From the NCBI GenBank assembly GCA_964016885.1, contig OZ024740.1, forward strand, positions 152,520,001 to 152,584,000: a stretch of 64,000 nt of DNA. Direction: 5' to 3'. The translations under genes were made by a program, and so were the position numbers. The notes beneath the pieces are model-generated. The model searched no databases. It was given only the letters and a program-made list of their open reading frames with translations, and was not told the origin of the DNA. This DNA is from Eledone cirrhosa. Lineage: Eukaryota. This document shows, piece by piece, positions 54,134-64,000 of this stretch; the first letter of the stretch is position 1, and every line of letters begins with the position of its first letter.

Positions 54134-55160
54134 CAGGAGTACGGCAGACAAAGTGGAAGCATTCAAATAGCCGTCGATGATTGGGTTCTGTCCAGCAATG
54201 AGTCAATGTAGGTTTTAATTACATATGACTACTCCAACATAGTAAGTCATCGATCTTGTATCAAGACCGTAACTATCGGTCTCATCCATACATGTGTCAT
54301 AGCAACATAGATACATATGCACATACATACAGATATAAATAATACACACGTTTATGCATACATATACCTACATATATCATGTATATGACATGTACAAACA
54401 TACGTATAAACATCATACCTAAATCATACACATATACATATGTATGTACGGCATAACCATAGATATTTAGATACCACTATCAGCAATAAAAATATGAAAG
54501 TGTATACTTTTCTCGGGTTGGTGTTCAGATCACGATCGCAAGATCATTAGTTCGAGAGACGATAGTACGTGGTGTCCTTCAGCAATATACTTTATTTCAA
54601 TGTGATTCAGCTCATAAAGCTTGAAAAATTAGCTGTACCTTTAATTCAAAAGGCCAGCCTTGTCACACACTGTGTCACGCTAAATCACTTTGAAAACTAT
54701 GTTATGGGTTCAAGTGTCAGTAGAATGCCTAGCCGTTTGCATGTAAATTTCATGAGCCGGTTGTTCTTTTGTTTGAGGAACACTCACCGTCGGAACGGAC
54801 AAATGCACCTCCCCACTCAAAAAAAAAAAAAAAAATCAAATATATATATATGTATATAAATGTATCTAATTACATAACTGCAGGATAGTTATATGCATAA
54901 ACATTGATATATAAGAATGTGACTAAATGCAAGCAATTGCCAGCTCGTAGTGTTAAATCGAGTGACGCATTATTTTTGCCACTGAAGAACAGATAAGGTC
55001 TCCCCAAATGGGAATCAGCAGTTCGGGAATCATTCTGTCATCAAGATAACAGAAATCTAATGAGCTTTTGAGATCAGAGTCGGGCCCGATCAACACAGAT
55101 CGAACCTTGAGCTGATCAATCGTGAAACTCGCGTCACACCTCAATAAATGTAATATATAT

Positions 55161-57388
55161 ATATATATATATATATATATCTTTAGGTTTGTTGGTTCAC
55201 CACTGGATATAATTGGTCATTCCGTATGGTCAATCTTGGTGTAATATTGTGGAGAGTACTCAACGTAGTACAGTTCACCCGTCTTCGTTTGTGTAGTTGG
55301 TGGTGCGAATACGGAGTTAATTATAAATAAAATAAAATAACAGGAGGCTGTAAATCCTTGAAAGGTTTATTATACTATGATCATTTCAATGACCGGGTTC
55401 CATATGAATCCGGTGATATCATCAGGTATTGGAATATAACAAAGGAATATGTAAAAAACCATGGGTCCGAAAAATCAGAGACAGAGACAAAGAGGCCGAC
55501 TGACCAACTAGCTGCTTTCACCTCGGCCAGTCGCCCTCAAAGTGATGGCAACTCAATCCAATAATGACCATCTGGTGAGGGGGCGAAGGCTTATAATGCA
55601 CTACCACCTCTCCGTCAAAGAAAAAGGGAAGAAAGAAAGCAAGAAACTAAAAAAGAGGAAGAAAGAAGTCAGCGTAAGGGTCACACTACAGTCATGCTAG
55701 AAAACGCTGCGAAAAATGCTACTCCAAAGAATCTATATTTAACAAAGGCATATATAATGTGAGTCTGTATGGTCTAATGTGTGAACCGAAAATTGGAACG
55801 TTAAACTTATGTTACGAGTTATAGGATGAAATTAAATTAAAAAATATTAAATTGCAAAATGATAAAATGAAAAATAAATTATTAGAAAATTAAAGGTTAA
55901 GGTAGCGAGATTTATATAATGAACTTACAGAGAGAGTCTTATATGAAAAAGTTAATTTCGATAAGATATCAGGATGGGATATAGAGTAAAGATTTCGATT
56001 GTGAATCCCAGCCAGCACCTCCTAACCACGTGTCAGCCAGTTTCGAGTGGTATCGTCCAGCGAAAGAAATGGAAATTAGTTTTTCCGAGTACTCTAGGAA
56101 CATAGCTACCTTAGGCCCCGGGAGTGCTAGCGGGAAGTCCACAATTTCGACAGGCCCTCGTCTATACCATTATTATTAATTCACACATGAGGGGTTTATT
56201 TGCGTGCCAGTTGAGGCATGATACAGCTAACACTTATGCCTAAACCTGGAGTTTATAGGTATAACAATAATATGGCGGCCAAAACAGGCGGCGCGGTGGG
56301 CCCGGGGCAAAGCAATCCGCTCCGAGTAATTTCGTTTACCGAAAGAGGGGAAATTTATTTTTCCAAGCACTCAAGGAAGGCTGAACTTTCCGAGTGCCCA
56401 GCGCGCAGCCGGGAAAAGCCACCACATAAGTCGAAGGTAGCAACCCAATGAAAAGTGCAAATAGACCATAATTATTTTAAAGTCCCAGTTAGTCCGGGTT
56501 ATAAGTAGTGTGGTTCTTTGGTGGGTAGGGGGTTATGAAAGGTGCATAATGACCTGAGTAAGGTAAGTTACAAAAAAATAATTGTTTCTACGTTAGGAAC
56601 AAGGCCAGCAATTACCCAGTGCATTACTGGTACTTTATTTTATCGACCCCGTAAGGATGAAAGGCAAAGTTAACCTCGGCGGGATTTGAACTCAGAATGG
56701 CAAGGGCCGTAACTCTATACGTCAAAGCATGGCGTCCGACCCTCTCCCAATACTGCCAAAGATAAAATACAAAGGTAAAGATAAAATACAAAGATCAAGA
56801 ATACATTGATAAAAACACATTAATAAATTAATAAAAAATTAATAAAAGTAAATAACTAGGGATGTAGTAAGACGGAAGTATATAAGAACGTGTCGGAGGA
56901 ATCACAGTAAAGGGGAAATACAATATAGATCAAGTTGTAGTAAGATAATACAGGTTGTACATATAGATATAGAGGATGGCAGAGATGGAATGGTATCAGG
57001 TGGTACCTAGTGTAAGTTCGAGTCCCAGAATTCAGTGTGAGTCACAAAAAAGTCCTGAGGTAGAGAGTAGGGAATTCAGTGAATACAATACATGTTTTAG
57101 TATAATACGTAGAGTTTTGTCGGAATCCGAATCTTCCCGATAAGGAAGCAGTATCGGGTGGGTGGTAGATAAAGCACAGAGCAGCCAAAATCCGAATGGT
57201 AAGTAGATCAGTTAATCCCATGCTTGCAATAGCTGTCTCTGATTTTTCGGACCCATGGTTTTTTACATATTCCTTTGTTATATTCCAATACCTGATGATA
57301 TCATCGGATTCATATGGAACCCGGTCATTGAAATGATCATAGTATAATAAACCTTTCAAGGATTTACACCAGTCCAGCCTCCTGTTAT

Positions 57389-57397
<9 letters not shown>
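55161..57397. mobile_element. Family E inverted pLTR-like insert in (TA)n, with SINE family 1 nested at 56579-56758(-)
   Basis: About 55325-55484 is the reverse complement of 57233-57397, and the left arm extends about 160 bp further. Each arm carries an HHR and there is no coding remnant. Confidence 0.8.
57288..57345 (+). ncRNA. Type I HHR (mirror copy 55372-55429, minus strand)
   Basis: ATAC-CTGATGA-tATcA(C/T)CGG..CCGGTcATt-GAAA-TGATCA-TA-GTAT, with a palindromic minimal stem III. Confidence 0.75.
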
Positions 57398-57437
<40 letters not shown>

Positions 57438-57441
<4 letters not shown>

Positions 57442-58025
57442 TGGCTGCCAACTCGTTTTCGAGTACGGCGACTACTTTATATCCATGTTGGAGAACCCCT
57501 ACTGATGCGCTGAACGAGTGTGACTTTTTAATCCAGCTAGCGACTTGAAAACTCTGGTACAAACACTACACTTGTGACAATTATTGACACATAGTGCTGG
57601 GCCCATTGTACCCTGTGATGACAAGAGCAGAGAGATCTCCAGATATAAAGCAATGCCTGCGCCGTGAAGCTTTTATAGTGAGCAAAGGCACTGCACAAAG
57701 CCAGTCCCACTCTCTTAACCAAGATGATATTTACCAAAAAGAAGAACAAGTCAACATCATTGGATACCATCAGGGTTGCAGGTGTTATATCAGAGTTTTC
57801 CTTCTCCTAGAATTCTGCCTTGACAAAGGCTAAGGGGTTATCTCTCCCGGTTATTTTGTATGGCCATTGACTCTTAAGAGCTCCTTTGCCTTTTGACAGG
57901 TTTTGATTTTAGTCCTGCAGGATGTCCAAAGTCACCCTCCTCACCAAGAAACCCTGGTGGGGTTGCCAGTTTAGTCGCCAACGACCAGACCATGAGACAG
58001 GTTGTACAGGGATACATGTTACCAG
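57438..58025 (-). mobile_element. Short non-autonomous RTE-derived element
   Basis: The 3' part encodes HKCSVCTRVFKSLAGLKSHTRSAHQ* (compare GLKSH at about 975) followed by a hairpin UTR ending GCAGCCA..(TA)n like 1240-1255. The 5' part resembles RTE 5' UTRs. (TA)n on both sides. Confidence 0.5.
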
Positions 58026-58051
58026 TATATATATATACATACATACATACA

Positions 58052-58093
<42 letters not shown>

Positions 58094-58096
<3 letters not shown>

Positions 58097-58900
58097 TGCC
58101 AATACAATTTGTTTTTGTTGATTTATGATGTATTATCTTAAGTCATGATAGGCAAACTGTAATATTATTATTAGTATATTTCTATCTAGCTAACTTGGTC
58201 ATTTACAATACAAACATAAATATGAGGATATTTGTGTTTATCAAATATATTGATTTGTGTTAACCTATATTACACGGCTCAGAAATACTCTTTCTTCGAG
58301 CTATTTCATTGTAAATGATCGCCTGAGATTTGAACTCATTATTATTGATTTTTCACTGCTCCTTCGTCGAGCTGAATTTAGCCCCATACAAACGGCTGTT
58401 ATTTCTAGCAGCACGAGTATGTGGCTAGCTAGACACTGGATAACCGCATGAGGTTACCTCGTGCGCTAAACAGTCTTCCTAAATATTTTGAAGTGGAACA
58501 TATCAATTTTTATAGTGCTTGCTGAGGAGATCAAAATGCGGTATTTTCTTCCACTTTTTCATTATTCGAAACATATTTGGATTTTAAGGTTTAAACCTGT
58601 CTACGGAACAGGTTTGATTTTGAAATTTAAATTTGTCCAAGCACTACGGCCATTGCCAATACAATTTGTTTTTGTTGATTTATGATGTATTATCTTAAGT
58701 CATGATAAACAAACTGTAATATTATTATTAGTATATTTCTATCTAGCTAACTTGGTCATTTACAATACAAACATAAATATGAGGATATTTGTGTTTATCA
58801 AATATATTGATTTGTGTTAATCTATATTACACGGCTCAGAAATACTCTTTCTTCGAGCTATTTCATTGTAAATGATCGCCTGAGATTTGAACTCTATTAT

Positions 58901-58904
<4 letters not shown>
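58094..58904 (+). mobile_element. Retrozyme-like partial tandem repeat (557-bp monomer, about 1.45 copies) in (TA)n
   Basis: 58094-58349 is nearly identical to 58651-58904. An HHR lies in the intervening single-copy part, and the unit is non-coding. Confidence 0.75.
58513..58646 (+). ncRNA. Type I HHR with a long stem III
   Basis: TAGTGCTTG-CTGAGGA-GA..TC-GAAA-[hairpin of about 28 bp capped by AAACCTGT ctacgga ACAGGTTT]-GTC-CAAGCACTA. Stem I is a perfect 9 bp and the GUC site is at 58635-58637. Confidence 0.8.
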
Positions 58905-58963
<59 letters not shown>

Positions 58964-61699
58964 GTGTGTTTGCGCGTGAGAGTTTGTGTGTATTTATATA
59001 TATTTGTGTGTATTTGTCCTTGTCTTGCTTATTTTTCGTAACTTTGCGGTTCGATAAATCGATATGGATAAAATAAGTACTAGACTTTAAACAATTTATT
59101 AATAGTGGACACGTGATCGACTAAATTTCCCGGAGACCGTGTCCCAGTATTGCCTCAATCAGTAAAACAATAACAGAGTAAAAGAATAGACTTCTGAAGA
59201 ATTTTTGCCACTGCATGGTTGTGTGAATCGTTACGAACTCAGTTACACAACAGACCAGCAGCTGAAACCCCCTGAGAAAAGTTGGCACTGATTTTCATAA
59301 CCTACAATCTATCTATCAAAAACTTGAAATGTGTGCAGTGTGCTTCGTTGGTGACATTGGCCAACGGGCTGTCAGCCTATTTAATACCTATGTTGTGTTC
59401 AACATTGAGATTTTAGACAATCATAGCAAGAACTACCTTATTTAGAATCAGCGTATATGCTTCTGCTCTACGCATTCAAAATGAACGATCAATCACATGT
59501 CCCCCGAGACTGAATGTACACGTTTAACATTCTAAATTCTGTTACTTTCCTTTAAAGCTTATCGAAGTTATTTGTGCTATCTGTTAATTTTCTGGCTTTA
59601 ATAATAAAACAAATTTAAATACCTCTATCTGGAAACTCCATACGTAAAATGAAATGATAAAGTCGGTTCTGTTATATTATATATGTGTCTACTATACTAG
59701 TACAATGTGTATACTCTCTGTGTGTGTTGTACACAACACTCCTATTTGTTATAAGTTACCTACTCATTGTAATCATGATAAATAAAAACTACCGTTTTTA
59801 CAACTCACACATATGAAGGTTTAGTTGCCTTCTCACCAGGTTGTATCTCATAGGTTTCGTGGAAGATTTAATAATAATCTGATCGTGAAAATCAACGTGA
59901 AAAGAAACCTCTTAATCAAGAACACAGTGCATTGTAATAGTGAGTTTGACACCCAAGCTACATGTTCGCGCGCCTTAATTACCATGTATATCAAAGCATT
60001 GAGATTATCTTCTTAAATCAATGTTACTGTACAAACTATTACTAGTCCTTTAAATGTTGAGTTGCACATTCTTCATAAATCTAGTTCTACTTATTTATCA
60101 AGACGCATTAATTCCCATCATAAAAATCATCAAAGTATTTTAATGTTATCCGAGGCCCAAGATACGAACCCCTCAAGTATTTTTATTATTATTTTTATTT
60201 TTTTTATTTTTATCATATCAAGAGAGTGATCTAACTTGGCCCAAATCGATGTAACTTTTCATATCTAATCGAAACATCTTGTGTAGCTTTTACTACATTT
60301 ATTGTGTTATCAAGTATATTTAGTTCAAGCTAGTGTTAGATATCTTGGTACAACGTAATACATTGTCTTAGGAAATGATTCATATAAGCAACATTTGACA
60401 AATGGATGGTAAACTTAACCTGTCATTGATTTAATAAAATACGTATGAGGCCAATAAATATATGTATGTGGTTAAAATAACACATCAAGATGAATGAGAG
60501 TGGCATAATGTGAGAATAATGGACAGTTATAATCCAGAAAGAAATATGTGAAAGGAAAAGAATTGATGTCAGTACTAATGGCGGCTTTATTTGTTGACCC
60601 CGAAATCCTGAATGGAATTTGTACTCAATGCACAGAAAAACTGAACAAACACTGCAAGGCTTATCTGACACTCTGCAAATTCGTTCTATCACATAAGTGG
60701 GTTTCACTTATCCAATGGATAGTTTTCTTTTTAAAGACAGTAGTGTGGAATTTTAGGGTGTTTTGGCTGCTATTTCTAACAGTCCAAACAGCTGTGCGGA
60801 GAACAAACCCATTCTCGAGTTATTGTTGATATTTGTGTTTATTGTTTTTGTTTAATCCTGCTACCGCGGTGACCACCCGATCTTCTATTTCTGCTACAAT
60901 ATATTCAGGTCTACTCAGTCCAATGTGAGATCTTTTTAAAGATAAGGCAGAGGTTAGTTAGCGATTTAGAGGAAACCTACTCCCCTTATGTTTTACTTCT
61001 GTTACTTGTAAATACACCATGTACATGAAATCTACATGTATATATTCCTGTAATTCACAAATAAATCATGTATTTAGCATAAAATACTAAAATATTTAAC
61101 GAGCAATTTCGCAACTTTAGGGGCCGATATTTTACATCTGGCCTTTGGGGGCCTACTTGTTATATCTTGTCTGGACATAATACCAGCCATAGGAGCCTGA
61201 ATTTTACATTTGGCCTGGGTTTGCAACCATATTTAGATGGAAGTCATAGTTTAATTCTCGCTTGGCGCTATTACCAGCTTTTGAGTCTAAATTTAGCATC
61301 TGACTTGATGTATTAATAATTTTACACATGTCTGAATAAGGGATTTGAAAAAAATGTACCTAATTTTTCTACATTACCCACGAAAAAACGAACTCTGTTG
61401 GCTCATCGATGTTGTTGATATTTGTATTGATATTGTTGTTTTTATTATTTGTAAATTAATTGAATTTATCTGGATAAAATTAGAAGGAAAGGAAACAGAA
61501 AAACAATTAAGTCAGAAATACTGCAGGAAAACACACAAATAAAGTATAAATCTTTGGAAACGTTGTCAAAAATCATCATATTGACATCATTATGGAATGG
61601 ATTGTGTTAGTGTGGTGGCGGCGTTTCCGTGTGGTTGAAAGGCATTTTATTTCCTGTTGTTCTCTGGCGTTGATATTGTCATTGTTGTTACTGATGTGG

Positions 61700-61746
<47 letters not shown>

Positions 61747-62409
61747 GACGCTATTGTTGTTGCGATGGTGGTGACAGTAGTGACAGTGGTTCTGATAGTG
61801 AAGATGATGGTAATGAGACGTGGTAATGATGATGATGATGATGATGATGGTGGTGATGATGGTGGTGGTGATGGTAGTGAGATGTAAAGATGATGACAAT
61901 GATAGTGGTGGTGTTGGTGCAGGTGGTGTTAATGCTGAATAGGATGATAATGATTGTGTTGGTGGTTGTATTGGTAGTGGTGGACGTGTTAAAGGAAAGT
62001 ATGAAAATGCTGGTTGTAGTGCTATGATTGGTAGGGATGGTGGCTGTTTTCTTTTGTTTTGTTTTTTATTGCGGCCTCTGGTTTTAATATTCTACACGCA
62101 GATGTCTTTACTTCGAGGTTACAAACTATGGCCTCAGACAATTCAAATAGGAGCATAAAAATAACTCATTCATGACACGAACGTATTCACACACATCACA
62201 AACACAAACATACACACAGACATAAGCAAACACACACACACACAAACATCCATACATATAATATATTTCTGTATATAAATAATCACCCTCCCATGCACAT
62301 AACATATAAATATATATATATATATGTATATTATACATACATACATACTGAGAAACGTTATCGATATATATTTTATGTGTATTAACTTATATATACATAC
62401 ATATATATC

Positions 62410-62661
62410 ACCTTGACCTTGACCGACCAGTCTGTCCGGCGCCAACCGGCGCCGCTGGTCACAGCACGTCGTGCTGTTTTAGCCATAAGATAACGTCATC
62501 TCACTGGCTGGGCAGGTACTCATTTCTACAGGTGAGTAAACTGGAGCAACATGAAATAAAGTGTCTTGCTCAAGGAAACAACACATCACCCAGTCCGAGA
62601 ATTGAACCCACAACCTTTCGATTGCAAGCCCAATGCTTTAACCACTAAGTCATGCGCCTTC
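62410..62661 (-). mobile_element. CORE-type tRNA-derived SINE
   Basis: Minus strand GGCGCATGACTTAGTGGTTAAAGC...GGGTTCAATTC...GTTTCCTTGAGCAAGACACTTTA...AAATGAGTACC. Confidence 0.8.
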
Positions 62662-62701
62662 ACATATATATATACTGATGTATATATATAATATATATAT
62701 A

Positions 62702-62852
<151 letters not shown>

Positions 62853-63006
62853 TTAATTATACTATTTATGGTTATGTAAATACAAAAACCTTTTGCAGTT
62901 ATATATATATTTTTATACAAACCCTAAATAGTGGTAGGCAGTAATGTATTACTACCTTATTATCAGTAAGTTAAGTAGCTCAATGTAAAAACATCAGATG
63001 ATTTAA

Positions 63007-63721
63007 AACACTATTAAAATCTCATACTCTACGACGCCTAACTTAGCATACCACATAGCTAGCAGCAATAAAAGTAAAATTAATTTTTACTTCCAACAAA
63101 CGAAATCACAACAGGAGGTAAACCTTCTAAATACCTCTGTAGCAAGCAACCATAGTAACGGCAGTAATAATAGAAATAACACTAGTATAAGAAATAACAC
63201 CGGGGTCGACAACCCGAATGTCCAAAATCCTATAGCTACCACCCAGGCTTCTGCACTGCATTATAACCAGCAGACTAACACACAGGATAATTGTAACTGT
63301 AGAGCTAATAGAACCTGCCCTTTAGATAAAAAAATGCCTAACCAAGGATATCATATACTCATGCACCGTCACAACTGGCAACTGATCAGAAACCTATGTA
63401 GGCTCCACTTCTAACTGCTTCAAAATAAGATATAATTCGCACATCCACTCGTTCAAAAAGCACAGTCTAGCCAACTCCACCTCACTATCTAGCTACATAC
63501 ACTATCTAAAAACTAAAAATAAACCTTACACACTCAAATGGGAAGTGATAGGTAGCGCGACTTCTTACAAACCACCTAATAAATTTTGTAACCTCTGTAT
63601 ACTAGAGACCCACAATATTATCTTCTCTGACCGTAACCTACTTAACAAAAAATCTGAAGTGTTTGCAACTTGCCAGCACCGCTTCAGACATTCCTTCCAG
63701 AACTTTAAGCCCAATATATAG
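63007..63721 (+). pseudogene. PLE linker plus GIY-YIG endonuclease remnant (Nematis-like); the 3' region runs off the window
   Basis: NTIKISYSTTPNL, NCNCRANRTCPLD..CL...IIYSCTV, TYVGSTSNCFKIRYNSH..SF, STSLSSYI, KWEVI, FCNLCILE and LLNKKSEVFATCQHR. One frameshift and one stop, so it is missing from the ORF track. Confidence 0.9.
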
Positions 63722-64000
63722 CAATGTCGGACTTGAACCAAACACCACCTCTAGCATCAAACACCAGGGGCACACCTTATACCACATACCCAACACTCAC
63801 TGATCTAATATAACACAAACCGCGACATCCCTCTAGAACCCTTCACAGGGGGAATACCCATTTGTACCTCTACTTTAGGTGTGACAACATCCACTCGCTT
63901 GAACTGCACTACACCACTTTATAGTTAATTTAAGCATTGAATTGATTGTCTTGTTGGTGCTGTGCGGAGGAAGTGTTATCGTTGGATAAATGAAAAACGA

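Overview
AT-rich, microsatellite-dense eukaryotic (animal) DNA. The SINE repertoire and repeat density suggest an octopod cephalopod, which is an inference from recalled families and not a database result. No intact host protein-coding gene is supported, and nearly all long ORFs are translations of simple repeats. The window is a mosaic of mobile DNA: five Penelope-like element (PLE) ORF remnants, a non-autonomous LTR element, a Helitron nested in a hAT MITE, RTE, CRE and R4/Dong-type LINE fragments, several MITEs and many SINEs. The main structure beyond ordinary annotation is a set of type I hammerhead ribozyme (HHR) folds, identified by eye in at least six sequence families. Most sit in (TA)n-flanked inserts arranged as asymmetric head-to-head fold-backs. 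One is a 557-bp-period partial tandem repeat carrying a long-armed HHR, a retrozyme/circRNA candidate at 58094-58904. All folds and alignments were done manually and none has been tested for activity.
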